Shown: piece after piece, positions 1 to 8,495 of the stretch
Position numbering within the stretch: position 1 is the stretch's first letter
Layout: each line of letters begins with the position of its first letter
Source: an uncultured Bacteroidales bacterium
GTDB lineage: Bacteria; Bacteroidota; Bacteroidia; Bacteroidales; UBA932
Direction of reading: 5' to 3'
NCBI GenBank assembly: GCA_900318955.1
Contig: ONMJ01000006.1
Coordinates: 33,586 to 97,585 of the forward strand
DNA: 64,000 nucleotides
The notes under the pieces: generated by a model
Told to the model about the DNA's origin: nothing
Databases searched by the model: none
Seen by the model: only the letters and a program-made list of their open reading frames with translations
Made by a program: the position numbers and the translations under genes

Positions 1-511
1 TTGCAAAGATAATCAGTCCGGAAGCACCCCTTTCCATGCGATGAACAAGCCATGCTTTCTTTGTAGTCCTGTCGACTTCACGGCCGCTTAGAATATCCTC
101 TTTTCTGTTGGCTTTTGTGACCATACGGACATACTGTTGTACAAGTGAATAGAGCGTAGTCTCGACCTTTTCTCCGACAGGAGCGGTGACAAGGAGTGAG
201 GATGGTTTATCTACTACAAGCAACCGTTCGTCTTCGTAAATGACTTTCACTCCGGCAGCTTCGAGAGAATTAGTGGCGGTGGCTGCCGATTCTCGTGCGA
301 TCGATATGCCTTTTTTCAGTATGAGAAGGGTATCTCCTACGAAAAGAGGCTGGTCGAATGCCGTAATTTGGCGGTCGTTAACAAGGACTCTACCTTTGGA
401 AAGCATTTGTTTGACACCAGTTTTGCTCTGATCAGGAAAGAGTTCAAAGAGATATTTTAAAAGGGGTGAATCGTGTTTCACCTTAAATTGTTGTCCGGAC
501 GAGTTTTGCAT
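1..511 (-). CDS. RluA/RluD-family pseudouridine synthase homolog with S4-like N-terminus (5' part; runs off the window), catalytic motif altered
   Basis: Not in the ORF track. Translated by hand from ATG at 511: MQNSSGQQFKVKHDSPLLKYLFELFPDQSKTGVKQMLSKGRVLVND...VIYEDERLLVVDKPSSLL...WLVHRMERGASGLIIFA, matching RluA motifs I and II; open to position 1. Confidence 0.85.
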   Translation of the reverse strand, partial: MQNSSGQQFKVKHDSPLLKYLFELFPDQSKTGVKQMLSKGRVLVNDRQITAFDQPLFVGDTLLILKKGISIARESAATATNSLEAAGVKVIYEDERLLVVDKPSSLLVTAPVGEKVETTLYSLVQQYVRMVTKANRKEDILSGREVDRTTKKAWLVHRMERGASGLIIFA

Positions 512-625
512 CGAAGTAAGATTTATATCATACAAAGTAAAGAAAAAATGGCGAAAGAATAAAATTTGGAGGCCTTATAAAAGAAAAAAATGGTCTTGCA
601 GGTTGTTTCTTTGCATTTTTTTACA

Positions 626-633
626 TATATTTG
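626..633 (+). promoter_or_regulatory. Bacteroidetes -7 promoter element TATATTTG
   Basis: Matches TAnnTTTG, 18 nt upstream of ATG 652; implies the TTG at 631 is not the start. Confidence 0.6.
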
Positions 634-651
634 CGTTTTAGAACTGAGTCC

Positions 652-1113
652 ATGGATAATTATTCTTTAGATTCTGATAAGATTTATTTCTCAGAAGATT
701 ATCTCACGTTGGATACGGATGAAGGTCCTAAGACACTCCGTATAGGAGAGTGGCTTAACACGGATCCTGTCCGCATCCATAAGATGATTATCCGTGAAAA
801 GGTCCTTCAGGTAGATCAGCTTGAAGTTTTCAATCCACTTGTTTCCAAGCTAAGGCGTGCGGATTTATCTTACTATAAACGCATTATGGGCCTTAAGGTA
901 ATGATAGATTTCCCAGGATATACATCCGATATCGAGGCAAAAATTCCCTACGATACCGATCCTGTCGGTTTCTATAAATGGTGGAGAAAAGGAAAGCACG
1001 AACACCTTGTCTATCTTTCGCCCGTCTACCAGTTTAAACTCTTCCAGAAAGTAGCAGTGATGGAGCCTAAGATCATGCTGAAAAAAGATCTGGATTTCCT
1101 TAAAACCTTCTAA
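652..1113 (+). CDS. Hypothetical protein (153 aa)
   Basis: Long ORF after a promoter motif, coupled to the next gene by TAATAATG; no family recognised. Confidence 0.75.
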   Translation: MDNYSLDSDKIYFSEDYLTLDTDEGPKTLRIGEWLNTDPVRIHKMIIREKVLQVDQLEVFNPLVSKLRRADLSYYKRIMGLKVMIDFPGYTSDIEAKIPYDTDPVGFYKWWRKGKHEHLVYLSPVYQFKLFQKVAVMEPKIMLKKDLDFLKTF

Positions 1114-1115
1114 TA

Positions 1116-1808
1116 ATGACTCTAGAAGAAATTATCGGAGTCGATACCGCTCCTCATCTTGAATCTATACATGATGACGAGTGGGACGCCGAGTATAATT
1201 GTAGCTATTCCTCTGACGGAGAGAAACTTCTCGATGCCGAGAACTATCCCGGGGAAGTCGTCGTGAGGGACGGCTGCAGGATTATCTGTGACGAAGTGTT
1301 TTCGTTTCAGGATTATATGGCCGAGAATGACCATTTCTCAGAGCCTGTACCGGAGGAAGAAAGGGTTGCATACCTTGACAAGATTAAACTCCCCGAATCT
1401 CTTACCCATATTGGTAAAATGGCATTTCTCGAATGCGGCTGGCTATTGGGGCTGAGACTTCCAAAGAATCTTCTGGTAATAGGCGACATGGCTTTCAAAG
1501 ACTGCTGGCAGCTTCAGACTCTTGGGATGCCGGGGTCTCTTTTAAGCATCGGGGAAAGAGCTTTTGAAGACTGTTTTTCTCTATACCATGTGAGGCTCAA
1601 CAAAGGATTGAAACGAATAGGGGAAAGGGCATTCAACTGCTGCGAAGAACTTGAAGAGATTTTTCTCCCTTCCGGTCTCGAATATATGGGGAAAGAGGTT
1701 TTTAGGGGCTGCACCAGTCTCGAAAGAATCAATATCAGAAAAGGGGCTTGGGCTAAGTTTAAAAGCATGATTCCGCATAATCTTCACAAAATCGTCGAGG
1801 AATCTTAA
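1116..1808 (+). CDS. BspA-type (LRR_5) leucine-rich repeat protein, no signal peptide
   Basis: 23-aa repeats such as IKLPESLTHIGKMAFLEC, LRLPKNLLVIGDMAFKDC, LNKGLKRIGERAFNCC; acidic N-terminus. Confidence 0.85.
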   Translation: MTLEEIIGVDTAPHLESIHDDEWDAEYNCSYSSDGEKLLDAENYPGEVVVRDGCRIICDEVFSFQDYMAENDHFSEPVPEEERVAYLDKIKLPESLTHIGKMAFLECGWLLGLRLPKNLLVIGDMAFKDCWQLQTLGMPGSLLSIGERAFEDCFSLYHVRLNKGLKRIGERAFNCCEELEEIFLPSGLEYMGKEVFRGCTSLERINIRKGAWAKFKSMIPHNLHKIVEES

Positions 1809-1851
1809 AATAATTTTTTTCATAATTTGTATAATTATAATTAATTTTTCT

Positions 1852-1859
1852 TAACTTTG
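1852..1859 (+). promoter_or_regulatory. -7 promoter element TAACTTTG (TTTG at 1826-1829 as possible -33)
   Basis: Consensus match in an AT-rich intergenic region upstream of ATG 1902. Confidence 0.6.
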
Positions 1860-1901
1860 GGAGCATAAGCGAAATCATTAACACTTAACACATAATTGAT
1901 T

Positions 1902-2309
1902 ATGACCTACAAGATTATCGACATCCAGGGCATCGGCCCCGTCTATGCAGAGAAACTTATTGCTGCAGGAATTGAAACCGTAGACCAGCTTCTTGAGAAG
2001 GGTGCGTCTGCAAAGGGACGCGCTGCTCTTGAGGAGGCTACAGGCATCGACCATGGCCGCATTCTCACATGGGTAAATCACGCAGATCTCTTCCGTATCA
2101 AGGGAGTTGGCCCTCAGTTCTCTGAGCTTTTGGAGGCTGCCGGTGTTGACACCGTCAAGGAACTTCGCAACCGCAACGCTGCAAACCTTGCAGCCAAGAT
2201 GCTCGAAGTCAATGAGGAGAAACACCTTACCAGAAGGGTTCCTGTAGAGGCAGAAGTCCAGAAGTATATCGATGCTGCCAAGGCTCTTGAGCCGGTAGTT
2301 ACCTATTAA
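1902..2309 (+). CDS. DUF4332-type helix-hairpin-helix protein
   Basis: Two HhH-like motifs (IQGIGPVYAEKL, IKGVGPQFSELLEAAGVDTV) and WVNHADLFRI, typical of the family. Confidence 0.85.
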   Translation: MTYKIIDIQGIGPVYAEKLIAAGIETVDQLLEKGASAKGRAALEEATGIDHGRILTWVNHADLFRIKGVGPQFSELLEAAGVDTVKELRNRNAANLAAKMLEVNEEKHLTRRVPVEAEVQKYIDAAKALEPVVTY

Positions 2310-2331
2310 TCAGTAGATTCTGAATCATCAG

Positions 2332-2365
2332 AAGCCGGTCTCCGATAGGGGGCCGGCTTTTTTAT
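2332..2365 (+). terminator. Rho-independent terminator
   Basis: Stem AAGCCGGTCTCC, loop GATA, stem GGGGGCCGGCTT, then a T-run, 22 nt after the stop codon. Confidence 0.85.
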
Positions 2366-2423
2366 GCTTTTTTCAGAGGGAATTCCTTCGGAATCCGGAT
2401 AATATTTGTTAAATTTGAGGGAT

Positions 2424-3116
2424 ATGTTTGTAAGGACCCTCATAGCTGATTTTTCTCATGTCTACACCGACATGGGCTTTATCGATAAGCTTAAAAAAGA
2501 AGGGTGCACATTGGAAGTAGTCGACCTGTCATCCGTAGAAGGGACTACATGTTACTGCTCTCCTGACGCCGAAGACAGAATACGCGAACAAGTGGCACCT
2601 TTTTCGGATTTTCCTATCCGATGGATTGACAGCGGCGACTACCATTACATGACTAAAATCCTCTCTGAGAGCGTCTTGGAGCCGTTTGATCTTCTTCTCC
2701 TTGACCACCATCCCGATGATCAGGAGCCGGAATTCGAAGGGGTTCTCAGCTGCGGGAGTTGGGTGAATACAATAAAAATGGAGAACCCGTCTCTTGGAGA
2801 TGTCATCACTATAGGCCCGGCCCCCCGGGGCGGCCTCTCGGATAGGTCGTTTGGGAATCTTTATATCTCACTCGATAAAGACATCATGTCCCGGAAATGG
2901 GCCAGGACTGACTGGAGCCAGGGGGAATTCACGTTGGACGAGGTCCTTGCTATAATCAGTACTGCTATAGACAGAGCTGAGAATATTCTCGCTATAGATA
3001 TTTGCGGAGAGCTCTCCGTCCCGCACGGAGCGACACCTGAAGATATGAGAATAAACTTGGAAACCAATCTCCGCATACAACATTTTCTTTCTGAAAAATT
3101 GACAAATAGACAATAA
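2424..3116 (+). CDS. Arginase/ureohydrolase-fold protein, non-canonical motifs
   Basis: DSGDYHY, LLLDHHPD, LSCGSW, YISLDKD and DICGE motifs; ATG 2424 preferred because TAAATTTG lies at 2410-2417. Confidence 0.7.
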   Translation: MFVRTLIADFSHVYTDMGFIDKLKKEGCTLEVVDLSSVEGTTCYCSPDAEDRIREQVAPFSDFPIRWIDSGDYHYMTKILSESVLEPFDLLLLDHHPDDQEPEFEGVLSCGSWVNTIKMENPSLGDVITIGPAPRGGLSDRSFGNLYISLDKDIMSRKWARTDWSQGEFTLDEVLAIISTAIDRAENILAIDICGELSVPHGATPEDMRINLETNLRIQHFLSEKLTNRQ

Positions 3117-3117
3117 T

Positions 3118-4614
3118 ATGAAATCACGACGCTTCTTAAAGACAGCTTTCTTCCAGCTCACAGTCGCAGCCGCGATTGTTTCTTCTTGCGGCTCGCCTAA
3201 AGGAAATGGAGACCCCGTTGATCTCTCACCTTATCTTGGCGGTGACGGTCTTTATTCTTTTTCTGTCAAAAATATACCCTTCACTCTGACTCCTGTACAA
3301 GGAGGAACATTCTCAATGGGAGAGACTTTCGAGCAGGGAGTGAAGAAGAATCCTGATATCCATCAGGTTATTCTTGACGGCTTTGCGATCGGAACGGCTG
3401 AAGTGACGCAGGAACTTTGGAAAGCTGTCATGGGCAGCAATCCTAGCCCGAAGGATGTTCCTACCGCTCCTGTTAGCGGAGTGACGTATGAAAATGCAGT
3501 GAAATTCGTTGAAAAGCTTGCCAAGATAACCGGAGTGCCATTCCGTCTTCCAACTGAAGCTGAATGGGAGTTCGCAGCGAGAGGAGGCAATAAATCGCAA
3601 CGTACCCTTTACAGTGGAGGAAACGAATTAAAGCCATCCATGGTCAATGAACTTGGTATCAAGGCTATGAGTGGAGGAGTTTGGGAATGGTGCTCAGATA
3701 AATGGACAGAGAATCTAGGAGATGAGTTGGCAATCAATCCTGTCGGTCCTTCTGAGGGAATTGAGAATGTTCTCCGCGGAGGAAGCGCGGCCGACAGTAA
3801 GTCGGAGTGCATCATTTCTTCCAGAAAAGGGCTGTCACCGAAGACAAAATCTCCGACTGCAGGTCTTCGACTGGCTGTTTCTACCGGAGAAAAATGTCCT
3901 CAGGCTATTGTCGATCTAATTGAAAAAAATATCGTACCTCGTGATCCCGTAACAGAATTAAAAGCAGAGACCTTCAAAGTCGGCGACGTAACAGAGGAGC
4001 ACGAAAAACTCGCCAAAGACGATGAGAAGCCCGTCCATAAAGTTACCCTTGACTCTTTCATGATCGGGGAGTTCGAAGTCACATGCGAGCTGTGGAAGGC
4101 TGTGATGGGATATCTTCCTCCTTATCTTCAGGGTGATGGATATCCCGTAGGGAATGTTTCGTGGTATGATGCCCAGTCCTTTATAGCAAAGCTTAACGCC
4201 TTGACAGGCAGAAAGTTCCGCCTTCCGACCGAAGCAGAATGGGAATATGCAGCAAGAGGCGGAAAGAAGACAAAAGGATATCCGTTTGCCGGAGCTATGA
4301 GGTCTGACGTTGTCGCGGTCAAAGAGACCAAAGACCTGAAGCCGGTCAAAGTCGGGACTCGTTTTCCCAATGAACTCGGCACCTATGACATGTCTGGCAA
4401 CGTCTGGGAGTGGTGCCAAGATCGTTTTGCTCCATATAGTGCAGAAGATTCCGTCAACCCTGTCGGGCCGGAAATAACAGAGTCGGGTCTCGATTACAGA
4501 GTGATGAGGGGAGGAAGTGCAGCGGCATTTTGGGATAAATGCAGAACGGCAAACAGGAGTGAAAACAAGGCAAGCCTTTTCAAGAGTACCATAGGATTCA
4601 GACTGGCTTTATAA
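3118..4614 (+). CDS. Lipoprotein with two FGE-sulfatase (SUMF1/EgtB/PvdO family) domains
   Basis: Lipobox IVSSC; two RLPTEAEWE(F/Y)AARGG motifs; NELGTYDMSGNVWEW and (G)FRLA-type termini. Confidence 0.85.
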   Translation: MKSRRFLKTAFFQLTVAAAIVSSCGSPKGNGDPVDLSPYLGGDGLYSFSVKNIPFTLTPVQGGTFSMGETFEQGVKKNPDIHQVILDGFAIGTAEVTQELWKAVMGSNPSPKDVPTAPVSGVTYENAVKFVEKLAKITGVPFRLPTEAEWEFAARGGNKSQRTLYSGGNELKPSMVNELGIKAMSGGVWEWCSDKWTENLGDELAINPVGPSEGIENVLRGGSAADSKSECIISSRKGLSPKTKSPTAGLRLAVSTGEKCPQAIVDLIEKNIVPRDPVTELKAETFKVGDVTEEHEKLAKDDEKPVHKVTLDSFMIGEFEVTCELWKAVMGYLPPYLQGDGYPVGNVSWYDAQSFIAKLNALTGRKFRLPTEAEWEYAARGGKKTKGYPFAGAMRSDVVAVKETKDLKPVKVGTRFPNELGTYDMSGNVWEWCQDRFAPYSAEDSVNPVGPEITESGLDYRVMRGGSAAAFWDKCRTANRSENKASLFKSTIGFRLAL

Positions 4615-4623
4615 TATTTTTAC

Positions 4624-5640
4624 ATGTATCTGGTCAAGGCAGGTAATAACTCTTCTCAAGGGAAACGAAGACTGACATGGTATCTTGCCATGGAAGAATA
4701 TGTCGCTTCCCATATCATGGAGTTGGTGCCGTCCTCTTCCGAGGGGGTGAGAGAGGCTTTCTTTACATGGCAAGCCCCTCCGGCAGTTATTTTCGGTCGT
4801 AACCAGGTTATGGAAGCCGAAGTCAACATCGGGTTCTGCCGCGACAAAGGGATTGATATTGTTAGAAGAAAGAGCGGAGGAGGTTGCGTCTATTCGGATA
4901 TGGGCAATATAATGATGTCCTATATCTGCGACCAGAGCGGCGTAGAGGCTGTTTTCAATCGTTATCTTGAAAGAATAGTATCAGTACTGAGAAGCCTCGG
5001 CATCAATGCGATTTCATCCGGCAGGAACGACATTATGGTCGATGGAAGAAAGATTTCAGGGAACGCATTTGAGATACTTCCTCATTCAAGTATTGTCCAT
5101 GGTACACTTCTATTCGATGTGGACATGGATTCTCTCGAATCTGCGATTACCCCTTCTGCGGCAAAAATCAGTTCGAAGGGAGTTAGTTCGGTTCGTCAGC
5201 ATATCGCCAATCTGTCCGAGTTCATTAAAGGCGTTGATGCTTCCTACATCAGGACTGCCCTTGAAAACGCAATGTGCCAGTCTTCCGTCAATCTTGAAGA
5301 AGGGGCTTTGAAAGAAATAGAAAAGATTGAAAAAAGCTATCTTGACGAAGATTTCATCAAGGGGAAAAAGCACCTTTATTCAGAGGAGAAGCACTTTATA
5401 ATCAAGGGGATAGGGGAGTTCCAAATAAATATAGAAAAGGACGGGAACGCTATTCGCTCTTTTTGCCTTATGGGGGATTACTTTTCTACATCTGATCCTC
5501 AGGATGAGATTGAAAAGCGCCTTAAGGGAGTACAAGATGAAAAGGACTCAGTAAGAGAATCATTGAACGGCTTTGACCTTGGAGACTATATCCCCGGCCT
5601 GTCTACGGAAACATTTATAAATGAATTATATGATTTTTAA
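4624..5640 (+). CDS. lplA: Lipoate-protein ligase A
   Basis: VIFGRNQ, RRKSGGGCVYSD, KISGNAF and HGTLLFD motifs; directly upstream of the gcv genes. Confidence 0.88.
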   Translation: MYLVKAGNNSSQGKRRLTWYLAMEEYVASHIMELVPSSSEGVREAFFTWQAPPAVIFGRNQVMEAEVNIGFCRDKGIDIVRRKSGGGCVYSDMGNIMMSYICDQSGVEAVFNRYLERIVSVLRSLGINAISSGRNDIMVDGRKISGNAFEILPHSSIVHGTLLFDVDMDSLESAITPSAAKISSKGVSSVRQHIANLSEFIKGVDASYIRTALENAMCQSSVNLEEGALKEIEKIEKSYLDEDFIKGKKHLYSEEKHFIIKGIGEFQINIEKDGNAIRSFCLMGDYFSTSDPQDEIEKRLKGVQDEKDSVRESLNGFDLGDYIPGLSTETFINELYDF

Positions 5641-5653
5641 CCAATAACCGATT

Positions 5654-6769
5654 ATGTCAGAAATTCAGAACGATAAACTGCAGTTTACTTGCCTTTATGA
5701 CAGACATGTTGCTCTGGGGGCCAAGATGAGCCCTTTTGCGGGTTTCATGATGCCGATTCAATATGATTCAATCACTGTGGAGCATAATGCCGTAAGGCAG
5801 AAGGCCGGTGTCTTCGACGTATCCCATATGGGTGAAATATTCATTAGCGGAAAAGATGCGGAAAAATTTGTAAATCACATCTTTACTAATGAGATTCGGG
5901 GGTTTGAGCCCGGAAAGGTCCTCTACGGGATGATGTGTTATCCGGACGGTGGTGTAGTGGATGACCTTCTCGTTTATAGGGAGAGCGAGCCTGACCACTT
6001 CCTTCTTGTTGTCAATGCCGCCAATATTGACAAGGATTTCGCATGGATAAAGGAGAATATTGAGGGTTTTGACTGCAAGGCTGTCAATGCTTCTTCTTCA
6101 TGGGGACAGGTTGCCATTCAGGGGCCTGATGCGGAAAAAGTGGTTACTGATGTTCTCGGTTTCCCAAAGGCTGCCGAACTCGGTTTCTACACTTTCTACG
6201 ATGACGAGTGGAAAGGCTCCAGACTTATTATCAGCCGCACCGGCTACACAGGAGAAGACGGATTCGAGCTCTACACGACAAATGAAGGTACCTGCGAAAT
6301 ATGGGATATCCTCATGAAGGCAGGAGTCCAGCCGTGCGGTCTCGGGTGCAGAGATACCCTCCGATTTGAAGCCGGGCTCCCTCTTTATGGAGACGAACTT
6401 AGCGACAAGATATCTCCTGTAGTTGCAGGTCTTGGAATGTTCTGCAAGCTGGATAAAGAAGAGTTCATTGGAAAGGATGCCTTAGCCGTACAGAAAGCGG
6501 AAGGGACAGAAGAAAAACTAGTCGGCATCGAGATTGAAGACAGAGCCATTCCGCGTGCTGGATATCCTGTAGAAACGGAGGACGGAAATGAAGTAGGTAT
6601 AGTAACCACCGGCTACCACTCCATCTCTCTCGATAAGAGCATTTGTTTCGCCCTTGTCAAGAGGGAATACTCAGCCCTTGGGACTCCTCTTTGGATCCGG
6701 ATCAGGAAGAAAGTATTCCCCGGAAAAGTCGTCAAGAAGAGATTTTATCAGACAAACTATAAGAAATAA
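5654..6769 (+). CDS. gcvT: Glycine cleavage system T protein (aminomethyltransferase)
   Basis: FDVSHMGEI, SRTGYTGEDGFE, GLGCRDTLRFEAG. Confidence 0.96.
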   Translation: MSEIQNDKLQFTCLYDRHVALGAKMSPFAGFMMPIQYDSITVEHNAVRQKAGVFDVSHMGEIFISGKDAEKFVNHIFTNEIRGFEPGKVLYGMMCYPDGGVVDDLLVYRESEPDHFLLVVNAANIDKDFAWIKENIEGFDCKAVNASSSWGQVAIQGPDAEKVVTDVLGFPKAAELGFYTFYDDEWKGSRLIISRTGYTGEDGFELYTTNEGTCEIWDILMKAGVQPCGLGCRDTLRFEAGLPLYGDELSDKISPVVAGLGMFCKLDKEEFIGKDALAVQKAEGTEEKLVGIEIEDRAIPRAGYPVETEDGNEVGIVTTGYHSISLDKSICFALVKREYSALGTPLWIRIRKKVFPGKVVKKRFYQTNYKK

Positions 6770-6786
6770 TTAATAATCAATCTATT

Positions 6787-7164
6787 ATGAGTAAAGTTAT
6801 TGAAGGACTCCTCTATAGCGAGTCTCACGAATGGGTAAAAGTAGAAGGCAATATCGCCGTTATCGGAGTAAGTGATTTCGCACAGAAAGAGATGGGTGAA
6901 ATCACCTATGTAGACATGCCTGATGTAGACGACGAGGTTGAGAAGGGGGAATCTTTCGGCGCTCTCGAATCAGTCAAGGCCGCCAGCGATCTCTACAGCC
7001 CTGTTTCCGGCACTGTCGTCGAGAAAAACGATGAACTTGAGGATGCTCCGGAAAAAGTCAATGAAGATGCCTACGAAGCCTGGATTATAAAGGTTGAGAT
7101 GTCTGACCCTTCCGAGCTGGAGGGCCTTATGGACGCAGCATCATATAAAGCGACAACCGAGTAG
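6787..7164 (+). CDS. gcvH: Glycine cleavage system H protein
   Basis: HEW, lipoyl-lysine motif ESVKAASDLYSP, NEDAYEAWI. Confidence 0.96.
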   Translation: MSKVIEGLLYSESHEWVKVEGNIAVIGVSDFAQKEMGEITYVDMPDVDDEVEKGESFGALESVKAASDLYSPVSGTVVEKNDELEDAPEKVNEDAYEAWIIKVEMSDPSELEGLMDAASYKATTE

Positions 7165-7166
7165 AT

Positions 7167-8492
7167 ATGGATCATTTTGCATATTTTCCTCAGACAGAGG
7201 GGGATATAAAGGCAATGCTGGAGAGGATAGGAGTCAATAGCCTTGACGACCTCTATAGCGATGTGCCCGGGGAGTTCATGTTCAAAGGCGAATATGATCT
7301 CCCGGACGCTCTGTCTGAAACCGAAGTCAGGTCTTTCTTCGAAGATTTGGCCAAGAAGAATGTTCCTCTAAAGATTTTTGCCGGGGCTGGGGCCTATGAC
7401 CATTATTCGCCGTCCGTCGTCCAGAATATCATCTCCCGCTCGGAGTTCCTCACTGCATATACACCATATCAGTGCGAGATTTCCCAGGGGACTTTGAGGT
7501 ATATATTCGAGTACCAGAGTATAATATGTGCTCTGACCGGAATGGATGTTTCAAATGCCTCGATGTATGACGGTCCGACTGCGGCTGCTGAAGCCATGAT
7601 GCTCTGCATGGCCAGCACAAAAAAGAAAACCAGGGTTCTCCTTTCAGACGGTCTTTTACCTCATGTAGTGAAGACTGTCGAGACATATGCCAAGTACCAC
7701 GGTATCGAGATTGGGCATGCTCCTGTAATGAATGGGCAAACTTGCATCAATTGCCTTAAGGCTGAGCTCTCCAAGGGTGACGTTGCAGGAGTTATTCTCC
7801 CTTCAATCAATCGTTTCGGTATTGTCGAGGATCACTCTGGCTTTGGCGAGGCGATACATGGAGCAAAAGCTCTCATGGTAGAATATTGCGACCCGTCCGC
7901 TCTTGCTGTTGTCAAGTCTCCCGCTGAATGGGGCGCTGACATAGCAGTCGGAGACGGGCAGCCTCTCGGCATTCCGGTATGTTTCGGTGGTCCCTATGTC
8001 GGATTCATGGCCGCAAAGAAGGATTATCTCAGAAAGCTTCCCGGCCGTATAGTCGGTCAGACTGTCGACAGGGAAGGAAAGAGGTCTTATGTCCTTACCC
8101 TCCAAGCCCGCGAGCAGCATATCCGCCGCGAAAAAGCGACTTCTAACATCTGCTCCAATCAATCACTGATGGCCCTATATGTTACAGTATACGCCTCACT
8201 TATGGGTCCAGAGGGACTGAGGAAAGTTAACGAACTCTCCTCAGCGGGAGCCCATTATCTTTATAACCGTCTTCTTTCAACCGGCAAGTTCGAGGAAGTA
8301 TTCCCGAATAAGCCTTTCCTGAAAGAGTTTGTGCTGAAACCTCTTGTCCCCATCGCAGAACTCCAGAAGAAGCTGAAAGACAATGGGTTCTTCGGAGCCC
8401 TTGCAACTGAGGAAGGATTTGTTTCATTTGCAGTCACAGAAAAGCGGACACCGGAAGAAATCGATGCCCTTGTTAAAGTTGTGGAGGAATAG
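7167..8492 (+). CDS. gcvPA: Glycine dehydrogenase subunit 1
   Basis: GAGAYDH, EFLTAYTPYQCEISQG, REQHIRREKATSNICSNQ. Confidence 0.95.
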   Translation: MDHFAYFPQTEGDIKAMLERIGVNSLDDLYSDVPGEFMFKGEYDLPDALSETEVRSFFEDLAKKNVPLKIFAGAGAYDHYSPSVVQNIISRSEFLTAYTPYQCEISQGTLRYIFEYQSIICALTGMDVSNASMYDGPTAAAEAMMLCMASTKKKTRVLLSDGLLPHVVKTVETYAKYHGIEIGHAPVMNGQTCINCLKAELSKGDVAGVILPSINRFGIVEDHSGFGEAIHGAKALMVEYCDPSALAVVKSPAEWGADIAVGDGQPLGIPVCFGGPYVGFMAAKKDYLRKLPGRIVGQTVDREGKRSYVLTLQAREQHIRREKATSNICSNQSLMALYVTVYASLMGPEGLRKVNELSSAGAHYLYNRLLSTGKFEEVFPNKPFLKEFVLKPLVPIAELQKKLKDNGFFGALATEEGFVSFAVTEKRTPEEIDALVKVVEE

Positions 8493-8495
8493 GTT

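Noticed and set aside
240-431. 63-aa plus-strand ORF
   Set aside because: Antisense to the RluA-family gene on the minus strand.
2366-5653. Glycine riboswitch upstream of gcv
   Set aside because: Intergenic gaps are far too short and no aptamer-like sequence was seen.
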